64,000 nucleotides of DNA. It comes from Mobula hypostoma (lineage: Eukaryota). The translations under genes were made by a program, and so were the position numbers. Below the pieces are notes generated by a model, which was not told the DNA's origin, did not search any database, and saw nothing but the letters and a program-made list of their open reading frames with translations. The stretch covers positions 15,068,001 through 15,132,000 of the forward strand of contig NC_086118.1 in assembly GCF_963921235.1 (NCBI RefSeq), written 5' to 3'. Below are positions 12,171-25,685 of this stretch, one piece after another (position 1 is the first letter of the stretch; each line of letters opens with the position of its first letter).

Positions 12171-13334
12171 ACAGGTAAGTTAATTACTCCTTTGAAACCT
12201 GCAAAGATGAAAGGGGGTGTCACTCACTAATTTGAGAAAGGAAGGGTAAACTAAATACTGTACACCCAGGTAGGTATATTTTGATTAGTGCAACTCTTTA
12301 GCTTATCAGAAATCTAAATAGCAATAATGACAAAATAGTAGAATTGATTATGGGTTACAATGGCCCAAGTCAAGAAATAAAAATCAATTTGGATCTTCCA
12401 AATAGATTTCAGAACTGTGCTGCCAGCACTTCAGGGGTGTTTAGATCTGTGAATGCTGAAGAATCCTGAACTAGCGGAAAAAAATTAAAAATTAGTCTTC
12501 ATTGGCAAAGTTGGTGAGTGGGACGGAGAAGACAAAGGAGATGAAAACACAAGGGAATATATTGAGCTGATAATAGCAAGGATGTGGGACATACATGTGG
12601 GTCAGTCTGTACTAATGGAGAGAGAAAAATTGAGCTAAGTTACTAGTTAAGTTATAGTTTGATGCAAACATGTGAAGAAAACCTTCCAATTTACTCCACA
12701 ATGGATCCCTGAAATTTTAATCCTCGTTATCAGTAGAATAAAGCTTGATTTTTAAATTAACATGCCATACCAAATGGAAGGTTGATCTCCAAGACGTGCA
12801 ACGATGATGAGGTTGACTTTACCAGAAACTGTTTTAAGGGTAACGAATAAACTCCTTTCATGCTTCCAATCAAGTTCAAGTATCAATTATAAGCGATCTT
12901 TCAATGACCAACTCTGTCATCTTCATCAGGGATGCTTTAAGGGCAACTTTCTTGCATTTTATTTCCCTTTCCACTTTCCTTGACTACAATTTGAACAACT
13001 AGATGAAACTTACAAGAAGAAAGGAGCTTAAACTTTTACAGACTAAAGTATTTGATGATTTCTCTGATGAACGTAGGTCGTGCTGTTGAATCATAGCTCT
13101 GGTGACATGGATTCATTTCTGCCCATTGGTGCTGTTTGTGTTTCCCTAGACGCTCCTGCTTCCTCTCACATCCCAAACATGTGGGGTTTTTAGTGAATTA
13201 TCTACAATATATTACCTCTGGTGTAGGTAAGAAAATTGGCAGGTGAGGAGGCGATTAATAATGTGTGTTAAAGAAATGGTGACAGGAAAGTAAAAAGAGG
13301 AAAGGGGTTGATGGCATTGCTGGTAAACTCGGTG

Positions 13335-14010
13335 GGAGGAGAAGATGGCAGCGCGACACAGCTCGCAGCGGCCACTCCAGTGGTTATGTCTGTTATTTGT
13401 CAAGTAGGGTGCCGTGCACAATCCTGATTTGATGGAGACGGACGTGAGAGCACGGAGGAACATCTGGTGAAACTTCTGAAATGCCTGTTTCGCTGCTGCT
13501 GCTACTGTGTGGTCCAGGATCTCCGGAGGGGAAGGCCCCGAGTCCTCGGCTTTGCTTGTTGCTCCGCAGCCGGGGCGGGGTTGTAGTGCTTGGCAGAAGA
13601 CAGTGCTCGGAGAGGCTGTGTCGGAGGGGCTGGTCAGAGGCTCGAAGTTTTTGGATGGACTCAAGAGTCTGCTATGGTCAGGTGCTTCCAATGGTGTTGC
13701 ATCGGCAAGTTTGTGGTGCTTGGAGGTTCATGGCGAGGAGAGTTTATCCCTTCTGCTGCCTGCGTGAGATGATGAGTCTATCAGGACTTCGAGACTTTTT
13801 TTTACTGTGCCCACGGTCTGCTCTTTATCAAATTACCGTACTGCTTTGCACTGTTGTAACTATATGTTATAATTATGTGGTTTTGTCAGTTTTGGTCTTG
13901 GTTTGTCCTGTGTTTCTGTAATATCATACTGGAGGAACATTGTATCATTTTTTAATGCATGCATTTCTAAATGACAATAAACGAGGACTGAGTGTCCTCA
14001 TAATCTAATG
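13335..14010 (+). mobile_element. GC-rich non-autonomous retroelement with LINE-type stem-loop/(AATCT)n tail, inserted into a V-SINE
   Basis: Strongly similar to 39690-40178. It ends AATAAA-CGAGGACTGAGTGTCCTC-ATAATCTAAT. The flanks at 13110-13330 and 14010-14050 look like V-SINE sequence. Confidence 0.7.
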
Positions 14011-14164
14011 ATTTGATGGGCAAAATGGCTGCCTTCTAGGATGTAGGAAAGATAAGCCACATCAAGTTCTGCTTTGATACTGGTGCATTTCAGTCATTAA
14101 GAACTGATAGATCAGTTGGTTCAGGATTAACACTGCTTTGTAAGTAGAGGAGTTATATTGATAA

Positions 14165-14435
14165 ATCAGAATCAGGATCAGATCAGAATCAGGTTTAATA
14201 TCACTGGAATATGTTGTGAAATTTATCTTAGTGGCAGCAGTACAATGCAATCCATAATAATAGAAAACATGAGAGTTACAGTAGGTACATGTATTTTAAG
14301 TAAGTAGTGCAAAAATAAAAATTAAAAAATACTGAGGTAGTGTTCATGGGTTCAACAACCTTTCAGAAATTGGATGGCAGAGGAGAAGAAGCTGTTCCTG
14401 AATTGCTGAGTGTGTGCCTTTGGGTTTCTGTACAG
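14165..14435 (-). mobile_element. Rex/Babar-type LINE 3' UTR
   Basis: (ATCAGA)n tail; reverse of the Rex 3' UTR seen at 3170-3350 and 47380-47570. Confidence 0.7.
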
Positions 14436-16139
14436 GAAGATGGGTTAGCAATAGCACTCTAAAAACAACATGTCACTCAAATTACATTATATATTTTGCT
14501 TCGTATTCCATCATTTAATGTTTAATGCAGTGTTACTTTTAAAAGAGCAGTTATGCTTTTCATTTACATTCTAGTATCAAATTGTATTTGAGATTCTTTA
14601 TTTGTATTTGGTTCCTGCAGTTTGATGAAATCCAATGAAGTGGCGTATTAGAGACAAAGCATACATCCCAGTTGTAGACTGCAGGAAAACTGAAAGAATA
14701 AGGAGCTGTAGAAGTATGAAAGAAATGGTGATCATGATCCAAGCAAATATTTATATACCTCAGCACAATATTAAAAGCAGGCATGGATTGATTTTTTTTT
14801 TGGTTGTTTGCAATGTGGTTGGCTCTGATAAGGCCAGTCTTTATCACCAACCCCTAAATTCCCTTTGGAAAGAGATGATGGGCCACTTTCTTAAACCACT
14901 GCCCATAAAATGCTGAGGAGGGAGTTCCAAGATCTAGACCCAAGAATGATGAAGGAACAGCAATATGTTTCCAAATCAGGAGACACAAGACAAGATTGTT
15001 GGTTTGGTGGGATCATGGTCCAGAGGTTGGTAAAAGTAGATGTCAGAGAGTTGCAGTCTGGTCTCTGCAAGGCAGAGCTCAGTCAGCCAGGCTACAACAG
15101 CACCACATTTATCTGTGTGTTTGATTGTTGAGGGGGTCATTATTCAGGAGTACATAACAGGAGGTGTACTTCCAAGTCCGAATGATATGTGATTTAAAGA
15201 GGAACCTGGAATGATGGTGTTCCTGCTGAATTTAGATTTAAAATTATCCTCTTCAATCTGCTCAATAAAAGAGATCTTTCAGCAGCATAGGAAGGTAACA
15301 TGACAAACTTCTTTACAGTAATTTTTTCTGCAATGAAACATTCAGTGTTAAATGCCTAAACCCCCACACCACCAATGTCTAGGGTAAAACAAATTTGCAC
15401 ATAGTAGGAAGTTTTAAATATTACAGTCCCAGTTTTAAAAAACTACATTCTCTTAGCAACAAAGGCAAAATAGAAGATGACTCAGTCATATTTGAAAATG
15501 TCTGTAACTTATTCTGGTATTAGTTGACACATGTAGTGTTCAGGAAACAAATCGGGGAAAGCTGTTGTCTACATTCCTTTAACAACCAGTCGAAGAGCAC
15601 AGTAATGATCTGTTGCACATTCAGAGCGGTGAGCCAGTTGTGCTGACCATGCAGATGAAAATCAGAGAACTGCAGGGACTAAAAGTCTGAAACAAAAAAA
15701 TACTTAGCCATTCAAAAACAGACTTTTAAGTTAAAGATCCTTGATGCTAAAAATGAGAAAACAAATAGTTTGAAGATGCAGAAGCAGCGTGAGGGGATCA
15801 GATAGGTCAAAGAGAACATCTCTGACAGGGTGGCCTATTATGTAAATCTGAACTGGCTGATTGCTAAATTAATTCAGGCAGTTAACAGACTCAAAGATCC
15901 AAAATACATTTATTATCAAAGTATGTATGTAGTATACAACCCTGAAATTTGTATTCCTACAGACACCCATGAAACCAAGAAAACAATGGGCCCTGTACAA
16001 AAAAAAATAAACATCAAGCCACCCCCACTTCCCTGCACAAAAAAAAAACAAATTGTGCAAATGGCAAGAGAAAAAAAACAAGACAAAAACACAGAATATG
16101 AAAGTCTAGGCATATTCGGTTTCGTGCAGTTTGTCAAAA

Positions 16140-18632
16140 TAGTCCAATGGACCGCACGGCGTCTTTGGGCAAAACGAGGGGAGCTGGTGTCTGCCTACTT
16201 ATCAACAATGCGTGGTGCTCGGACACAGTGGCACTGACAAGCTCCTGCAGCCCGGACCTGGAACACCTGTCGGTGAAGTATTGCCCTTAATATCTGCCAC
16301 GGGAATTCACCTCAGTCATACCGACAGCGGTCTACATTCCCCTCCAGGCGGACGTGGAGTGTGCTTTGAACACACTGTATGCTAACATTAGTGAACTTGA
16401 GACCAGGTATCTGGAGGCTTTGCTCATTACAGCCGGGGACTTTAACCAGGCCAACCTCAGAAAGGTGCTGCCAAAGTCATACCAACATGTCTCCTGCCCC
16501 ACTAGAGGCCCGAATATACTTGACCACTGCTACACAGCAGTCAAGGATGCCTATCGTTCCATCCAGCGACCTCACTTCAGAAAATCGGGCCATCAGGCCG
16601 TACTCCTCCTCCCAGCTTACAAACAGAAACTGAAGCGGGACGTCACAGTGTCAAAAGTAGTGTCACGTTGGACGGAGGAAATGGATGAGGTCCTCCGTGA
16701 CTGCTTTGAATCGGTGGACTGGTTAGTATTCAAGGACTCAGCAGCTAACCTCGATGAGTATGCATCCGCTGTCACTGACTTTATTTGGAAATGCACGGAG
16801 GACTGTGTGTCTCGCAAGACAATCCGGGTATTCCCTAACCGGAAACCTTGGATGAATTATGAGGTCAAGTCCCTTTTGAAGGCTAGAGCTGCGGCTTATA
16901 GGTCCGGGGATACCAGCCGCTACACGGAATCCAGGCATGAACTCCGGAAAGCCATTAAGGGCGTCAAGAGGCAATATCGAGCCAAGTTGGAAGCCCAGGC
17001 TAACCAGAGGGATGCCAGTAGACTATGGCAGGGTCTAAATGAGATCACTGGGCGCAAAGAAAAGACTGGGAATATCAATAACTGTGGCGCTTCTCTTCCT
17101 GACAAACTTAACGTATTCTACGCAAGATTCGAACAGAAGAGGAGCGTTCTTCCGGATGAACCGGACCTGGTGGCATCGAGATTCATCGTCACCAAAGAGG
17201 ACATTAGAAGGGCCTTCCTGAAGATAAATCCAAGGAAGGCGACAGGCCCAGATGGCGTCCCAGGACGGGTTCTCCGGGCCTGTGCAAGCAAGCTAGCTGG
17301 AGTGTTTGCTGACATCTTCAACTGCTCCTTGCTTCATTCTAAGATCCCCTTGTGTTTTAAGAAGGCAACAATAATCCCAGTGCAAAAGAAGAGCAAAGTG
17401 GCATGCCTGAATGACTATCGACCTGTGGCTCTGACATCAATTGCAATGAAGAGCTTCAAGTGATTGGTTATGGCACACATCAACCACAGCCTGCCGGTCA
17501 ACCTCGACGTTTTGCAATTCACCTACCGGAGCAACAGGTCAACGGCAGATGCCATCTCTCTGGCCCTACATTCCTCCTTAGAACACCTGGAGAATAAAGA
17601 TGCATACGTAAAGCTCCTTTTCATTGACTACAGCTCTGCCTTTAATACCATCGTTCCAAATAAGTGGATTCCTAAGCTCCGGAAACTGGGCCTTGGCACT
17701 CAGATCTGCAGCTGGATCTTCAACTTCCTCACAGACAGGACCCAGGCTGTATTAACAGGGGACAAACTCTCCTCTACAATCACTCTAAGCACTGGTGCGC
17801 CACAAGGCTGTGTACTCAGCCCCCTGCTGTACTCACTGTACACCCATGATTGTGTAGCCAAGTTTCCATCAAACTCGATATATAAGTTTGCTGATGACAC
17901 AACAATTGTAGGCTGTATCTCGGGTAATGATGAGTTTGAGTACAGAGAGGAAACTGAGAACCTGGTGGCATAGTGCGAAGACAATAACCTATCCCTCAAC
18001 GTCAGCAAGACGAAGGAATTGGTTGTTGACTTCAGAAGGAGTAGCGAACTACACGACCCCATTTACATCGGTGGTGCACAAGTGGAACAGGTCAAAAGCT
18101 TTAAGTTCCTCTGGGTCAATATCACAAATGACCTGACTTGGTCCAACCAAGCAGAGTCCACTGCCAAGAAGGCCCACCAGTGCCTTTACTTCCTGAGAAA
18201 ACTAAAGAAATTTGGCCTGTCCCCTAAAACCCTCACTAATTTTTATAGATGTACCGTAGAAAACATTCTTCTAGGGTACATCACAACCTGGTATGGAAGC
18301 TGTCCCTCTTCCCTCCGGGAGAAGGCTCAGGAGCTTGAAGACTCATACGGCCAGATTTGGGAACAGCTTCTTTCCAACATGTGATAAGACTGCTGAATGG
18401 ATCCTGACCTGGATCTGGGCCATACCCTCCAAATATCCAGATCTGCATCTCAGTTTTTTTTTGCACTACCTTACTTTCCATTTTTCTATTTTCTATTTAT
18501 GATTTATAATTTAAATTTTTAATATTTACTATTGATTTGTAATCCACAGAGCGGGAAGCACAGAATCAAATATCGCTGTGATGATTTTATGTCCTATATC
18601 AATTGTTTGGCGACAATAAAGTATAAAGTATA
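16140..18632 (+). mobile_element. Rex/Babar-clade LINE, 5'-truncated (APE endonuclease + RT; premature stops at 17461 and 17971)
   Basis: APE motifs AGDFN, LDHCY, SGH (SDH). RT motifs [47 protein letters not shown]. 3' tail AATAAAGTATAAAGTATAAA. Confidence 0.92.
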
Positions 18633-19355
18633 AAAAACAACAAAAAAAAAGGAGTGACCAGAAACCAGAAAGACATCATAACATGAACTAGAGTCCAACC
18701 ACAAACCATGTTGATTACTGCTCGCCCAAGATCCAGAACAATAGTAGCTTCCTCCAACAGCATTAAGGGACAAAGACACAGCCACACACGGAGAACTTCT
18801 CCCGACAGCATCGAGGGAGGCAGATACCATTCAAATGCAGGGACCTTCTTCAAGGAACAGCGAGCAAGAGGGAGAGAGAGAGAGACCGCCTTACGCAGAC
18901 ACCCTCCTCCGGCAGCACAGAGCGAGGGGTTGGTAGACAGTGCTGAACAGCCGCTCATCTTCCGCATTCATTGCAATTACTTCATTCGTCCTCGGTGCTT
19001 TAATGGGGTAGATCAGTGAGAAATGGAGTCAATCATGAGTTTGCACCCTGTCTCCAGGCTTCCTGGCCTCAATGCCGCACGTTCGCTTGAAACACGCTCG
19101 GAGACAGAAAAGTGCCAGATTGCTCAATCGACCTGAAAAACACTCCAGCAAAATGTCGATTGCAGGCTCCAACAGTAGCAGAACCACATTTGAAAGAAAA
19201 AGAAGTAGTTTCACGACCTGTCTGGGGGATGGCACCCTTGGTTGCGTTGTTCACTGGCGCCATCTTAAAAAGGGTAAATGCAAAACGGGACACATAATTT
19301 GAAATGCAGGTCGTAACTGTTTCAGAAATATGAAACCAAATGAAACATTGGAAAC

Positions 19356-19514
19356 GCAAACAACAGGAATTCTGCAGATGCTGGAAATTCAAGCAACACA
19401 CATCAAAGTTGCTGGTGAACGCAGCAGGCCAGGCAGCATCTCTAGGAAGAGGTACAGTCGACGTTTCAGGCCGAGACCCTTCGTCAGGACTAACTGAAGG
19501 AAGAGTTAGTAAGC
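19356..19514 (-). mobile_element. Solo PLE pLTR insertion with TSD
   Basis: Near-identical to 10380-10490; flanked by the 13-bp direct repeat AAACATTGGAAAC at 19343-19355 and 19515-19527. Confidence 0.88.
19456..19491 (-). ncRNA. Minimal type-I hammerhead ribozyme with intact core
   Basis: Minus strand AGTC-CTGACGA-AGGGTCTCGGCCT-GAAAC-GTC-GACT. It has the CUGANGA and GAAA boxes, GUC cleavage triplet, stem I AGUC/GACU, stem II GGG/CCU and a palindromic ACGU at stem III. Confidence 0.85.
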
Positions 19515-21529
19515 AAACATTGGAAACATTGGAAATGTACATTAGATCACACAGAGAGGGAAAATACTGAATTAACTTTACAGAAGGATAACAAGTAAAG
19601 AAATGGACAGTTCTTATATAAAAGCGAGTGAGTTATCAGAAGTTATTGAATTTCGAATTGAGTCTGAAATGGGCAAGTGCTCAAATAGAAAATAAGATTT
19701 TGTCTCCATAGTTCCACTGTACCTCATTGCAGATATAACAGACAGATGAGTCAGAATCCGAGAACAATGGAGAACTAAAATGACAAGCAATGAGAAACAC
19801 AGGGTTTGTCCTTGCAGATTGCTTGTGGGTACTCTATAAAGCAATTAACCAGCTTGCACTTGCTTTCTGCAGTAGAAAGGAGACTACATTAAAATCTTTT
19901 CAAGTTACAAGCCAACTGATCCAGCCCAGCAGCCTATCTGTGTTTCTTCATGTAGTCTTTGCAATGGAGTTTGGGATGGCTGACTTGTTATTATCTTTTT
20001 TAAGATCACCATAGAAAAATCTTTTAGACAGTCAATTACTGTCCATATATCTGACTCAGCTGACAGAGGTCATTTGTCTACGTGTTAGCCTGGCTTTCAT
20101 ACTTGGTTTCGCTGTAAGCCATAGTGTTTCTTTGTTGGTGATTTAGTCAGAATGATTTAATTCCCATTGTGCCACGTAGGTGGCTTTGCTGCAGGCAGTA
20201 AAACTTGTTGTAATAATGACTAAGTTCACAAACAAGTGGAAGAGACAAGGAAGCAATAAACTCAGCAAACATTAAAATGAAACCATTTGAAACATGCATT
20301 TTGTAGAAATATTGCTCCCCCAGCACAATCCCTCACTATCTTGTCCAGCCTCTTAGTAGATGAATGGAGTCACAAAGGTTTTAACAAAAAACTTACTTTC
20401 TACATTTTACTTGTGCTAAAACAGGACTGTGTAGCATGCTAATGCTCCTTTAGTAAGTGCTCTAAGAATCACAGATTTCCACTCTGATGCTAACAAATAA
20501 TGTGGCGTGGTTAGCTTATTCAAAGAAATGCGGTGTCAGTTCCATTCAAGTGCAGGTTTAATTAAAATTCAATCTTTATGAATGTAGCCAAATGAAACAG
20601 TGTTGCACCAGTGCCAAGGTGTAAAACACATTACCAACTGCACACTGCACATTGCACAAATAACACATATGGTTACGATTTCAGAAAAATATGCAGTCAC
20701 AAAGAAAAAGATATTGTCCAAGTCCCTGCGAGTCATGACTGTAGAATTGACCTAGTTCAGCTTGTTCTTCCACTGAGCGGACACCAGAGGGCAGCACAAA
20801 GTGAACACTGGAGGGTAACACCACCATAATGAGCCAACCCCCAACCCCCGTATGGGTTCTAGCTCGCCCCACAGATGCTCTCCAATATTGACTCGGTGTC
20901 TCCTCCCTGCTCAGCTGCAACAGGCTATCCCGTGGCACGAGTCCAGTCCTTGCCACTACCAATGTCAAACGGGGTCTCGTAATCAAAATAAAAACGTCTA
21001 AAACAATCACTCGCATAGCATATCATCCAACAGTACACGACAAGTCCAGGCAACCAAACAAAATGGTACTCAAATCCGGCTCCATCATTATCAAACAATT
21101 TGCTAATGGGATAGTTCTGAAGTACTTGATGTTCTTAGTGTTCGGCAGTGACTTAGGATCATAAAAAAGACATACATGGTGAACAAAAACAACTTTGACT
21201 GGACTCCGAGTGGCTGCTGCATCCGAGTGTGTTGCCATCTTACCGGAAGGAATGATTGCTGATTTATCGTTTAATCCTTCAACTGCAAGGTATGACCTTG
21301 GAAGACGGCCTCAAAAGGACACCTGCCCAATTATTCGCTACTCCAACCATTGGAAAGTGCTAGTTCTTCAAGATTGGCTGTGCCAATGATGAAAGAGGGG
21401 TAGAAGGCTTCTAGGATCTCGTTGGGGAGTTGGACAACTTGTGGAGAATATCGTGCAAAGATTCTCTGTGCTTCCCTTAAGATATAGAAGGGCACTATTC
21501 CATCCTTAAAAGTCTATACTGGCTCAGGT

Positions 21530-21775
21530 GCAATCCCATTCCCCACAGATTTTCCCTGTAATCTATGCCTCACCACTTGCTCACTAATTCTGTCATTTAC
21601 CTGTACTAGGGATAATTATCTTCCCTACCTGCAAGATGTTTAACATAAGAGCGAAACCGAGAGGACCTGGAGGAAATTCATGTGATCGCAGGCAGAGCAT
21701 GCGAACTCCACACAGACAGCTCTGTAGCTGTGAGGAAGAAGTCCTGCATGCTGCACCTCTGTGCTGGCCACATGG
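21530..21775 (-). mobile_element. V-SINE (HE1-like), decayed
   Basis: The reverse strand has the V-domain-like CTGTGTGGAGTTCGCATGCTCT...TTTCCTCCAGGTCCTCTCGGTTTC. Confidence 0.6.
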
Positions 21776-23649
21776 GATTCATAAGCAGTACTTGAGCAAG
21801 AATACCAAAAAAGTGCTCTTCCCACTTCCACAGCCCACTTCCCTTCCAAACTGCAGACTTCCCTGGTCCACTGCAGTCAGGCAAGCAACCTTATATTCAA
21901 TTGCATTTAATAGGAGAAAGAAGCTCAAGCTTTAATTCAAGTCTGGAGTTCTCACCTTCGTTTATAGATAATCATTTTCCACATTCCTACTTAATGACCT
22001 GTCCTCAGTAAAACTGGAAATGTCATAATTTGTCCTGTCAGCCATATCACTGATAAAAGTTGTGAATATTTGAAACACCAGCTCTAATCTGTGCTGTATC
22101 AGACTAGGCACAGCTTGCCAATCTGAGAAGCACTGTCTTATTAAAGTGGAATGCTTTGGAAGCTGCCTTTGTGTTGGATATTTAACAAAAATAAATGGAC
22201 TTCTTAATGGTGTTCCTAAGTCTGGGATGGCACACAGCTGAAAAATATCCGTGCAAATCTAACACTTCAGTAAAGCCTGCTGGTTATGTGCTTTGCTCAC
22301 TGGTACTGCAGAAGCGAAGGTAAAGTGTGATACTGTTTTCCTGGGAATTATCTGCCATCTCTTGTTCAAGTACATTTCAGGCAATTTCACACCTGGGTTA
22401 CTCTGCACAATCTGTGTCCTTATGAAGCCAAAATCTTGATTATATAGCTATGTAACTAACCTTTAAATATTACATTTGAGAACATATTAAACACAGAAGT
22501 GTCATCCAATCCACAGAAAACTCTTTGCTGAAGAGCTCTAATGTGAATATTGTTTGCTTTTAGATGTTCATACCTAATATTGCTTTCTAAATGTTATTTT
22601 AACAATCATGTAAAAAGGAATAACAACATTTGTAAAGCCAAATGACTTCATACATATTTTTATACATTAGCTAACAGCAGAGTCACAGCAAAACTTCCTA
22701 AAACTTCAAATTCCACCCTAAAATGTTTCCACGTAATAACTTTGTTGAAAGCATGTTTTGAGTTAGAAATTTTGTAGCAACAGATTGGGTGTAAACCTTG
22801 ACATAGGTCATTTTGTTCTGATCATTAGCTATTCCATTGCATGGAGCATTTTAACCCTCCCCTGGAGCCTGTATCAAAACAGTATGTTCCCTCACTTTAA
22901 TAGTGGTCAATTTCAGAAGAAAAACCTGAAATGTTAATATTTTTCATTTTCTTACATTTAGTTTTTGATTTTAACCTAAAGTCTTCTGTTTAACCATTCC
23001 CTGCCTCCAACAATCAAAACCACTTCCCTTCGGAGATCGTAGCTTTCTGGTGACGTGCAGTTTCAGACACCAACAGTTTCCCTCTGTCTTGTTCAAGTGG
23101 CCATAGTCTATGTCTGGGTCTAAACAGTGATTATCAGCAGTAATGCAAATGGTCATTGTAACTACAGCCGAGCTCAATAATGACCTCATTTGACCAGATT
23201 TCCAATCCAGGACACCAGCTAAAAAAAAATGGGAAGCCGAGCCAACTTCTCTACTCCACCTCAACTCCCCAAGGCCACTGAGCACCATGGTTACATTTTC
23301 ATATTAGGAAGGAAATATAATATCATTGTGGTGCCTGTATTCCAGGAAAGAGTGGGTTTTGAATGTTCTGCACTGGCTTTAATGCCACAGTGAAAATTTA
23401 GTTAAATGGGAATTTTGAGTTTTTGGGGCACAGGGCACACTTTACTATGTAAAGTAATGGGGGGCTGTGAAGTCAGATGTATCCGTTTTGCAATAGAATA
23501 AAGGGAATTACAGAGGCATGAGAGAGGTGTTTGCCTAGGTGGATTGCAGAGGGGTACTGGTGGGGATGACAGCAGGGCAAAGGTGACTGAAGTTTCTGGG
23601 AATAGTTCACAAGGCACAGGATGCCCTACAGAACATGTTGTTCTCAAAT

Positions 23650-25685
23650 GGCAGGGGTAGACAACCATGGCAGAAAACGGAAGATAGGCACTGCATAAAA
23701 GTCGAGGAAAGGGCATATAATGTAGCAAAAGTGAGTGGGAAATTGAATGATTGGAAGCTTTTAAAATCCAACAAAATGCAACTAAAAAAGCCATACGAAG
23801 GGAAAAGATGGAATATGAGGGCAAACTAGCCAATAATATAAAGCAGGATAGCCCAAAGATTTTCAGTTATATAAAGAATAAAATGGAGGTGAGAGTTGAT
23901 ATCGGACCACTGGAAAATGATGCTGGTGAGGTTGTAATGGAGGACAAAGAAATGGCAGATGAACTAAATAAGTACTTAGCATTAGTCTTCACTGTGGAAG
24001 ACACTAGCAGTGTCCCAGAGACCCGTGAGTGTCAGGGAGCAGGAGTGAGTGCCATTGCTATTGCAAAGGAAAAAGTGCTAGGCAAACTGAAAGGTCTTAA
24101 GGTGGATAAGTCACCAGGACCGGATGGACTACATCCCAGAGTTCTGAAGGAGGTTGCTAAAGAGATAGCAGATGCATTGGCCATGATCTTTCAAGAATCA
24201 CTTGATTCTGGCATGGTTCCGGAGCACTGGACAATTGCAAATATCACTCCACTCTTTAAGAAGGGAAGAAGGCAAAAGAAAGGAAATGATAAGTCAGTTA
24301 GCCCAACCTCAGTGGCTGGGAAAGTGTTGGAGACCATTATTAAGAATGAAGGTTTCAGGGTACTTGGAGACTAATGATAAAACAAGTCAAAATCAGCATG
24401 GTTTCTGTAAAGGGAAATCTTGCCAGACAAATCTGTTAGAGTTTTTGGAGGAAGTTACAAGCAGGGTTGACAAAGCAGAGGCAGTGGATGACATTTATTT
24501 GGATTTTCAGAAGGCAATTAATAAGGTGCCACACATGAGGCCTCTTAACAAGATGAAATCCTATGACGTTACAGGAAAGATACTGACATGGATAGAGGGC
24601 TGGCCGACAGGCAGGAAGCAGCGAGTAGGAATAAATGGGGCCTTTTCTGGTTGGCTGCCAGTGACTAGTGGAGATGTTCCTCACAGATCAGTATTGGGAC
24701 CACTACTTTTCACATTGTTTGTCAGTGATCTAGATAATGGAATTGATGGCTTTGTAGCAAAGTTTGCAGATGATACAAAGATAGGTGGAGGGGCAGGTAG
24801 TACTGAGGAATCAATGGGATTGCAGGAGGACTTAGACAAATGGGCAAAAAATTGGCAGATGGAATACAGTGTTGGGAAATGTATGATAATGCATTTTGGT
24901 AAAAGGAACAAAAGTGCAGACTGTTACCTAAATGGGGAGAAGGTTCAAATATCAGAGGTGCCAATAGACTTGTGAGTCCTTGTGCAAGACTCCCAGAAGG
25001 TTAACTTACAGGTTGAGTCTGTGCTAAAGAAGGCAAATGCAATGTTAGCATTCATTTCAAGGGGAATAGAATATAAAAACAAGGAAATAATTCTGAGGCT
25101 TTATAAGACACTAGTCAAGCCATGCTTGGAGTATTGTCAACAGTTCTGGGCCCCATTACTCAGAAAGGATGTGTTGTCATCGGAGAGAGTCCAGAGGAGG
25201 TTCACAAGGATGACTCTGGTAATGAAAGGGTTAACATATGAGGAGCATTGGGCAGCTTTGGGCCTGTACTCACTAGAATTTAGAAGGATGTGGGGGGATC
25301 TCATTGAAACCTACTGAATGCTGAAAGGTCCAGATAAGGAGGATGTGGAGAGGATGTTTCTTACGCTGGAGGTATCCAGGACTAGAGGGCACAGCCTCAA
25401 AATTGAGCAGCAACCTTTTAGAACAGAGGTAAGGAGGAATTTCTTTTTAGCTAGAGAGTGGTGAATCTGTGGAATGTTCTGCTACAGGCCACCATGGAGG
25501 CCAAGTCAGTGGGTATATTTTAAGTGAAAGTTGATAGTTTCCTGATTGATCAGGGCATCAAAGGTTATGGCAAGGAGGCAGGTATATGAGGTTGACAGGG
25601 ATCCAGGATCTGCCATGATGGAATGGCGGAGCAGACTCAATGGGCTGAATGGCCTAATTCTGTTCCTATGTCTTATGGTCTTCTA
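23650..25685 (+). mobile_element. CR1 LINE, 5'-truncated, frameshifted ORF2 (RT)
   Basis: KSPGPDGLHPRVLKE, QHGF, YLDFQKA, VLGPLLF, KFADDTKIGG, LYKTLVKPCLEYC. CR1 tail GGGCTGAATGGCCTAATTCTGTTCCTATGTCTTATGGTCT. Confidence 0.95.

Noticed and set aside
13212..13921. Overlapping 146-159 aa ORFs
   Set aside because: They fall in a GC-rich repeat; the related copy at 39690-40178 does not preserve the frames.
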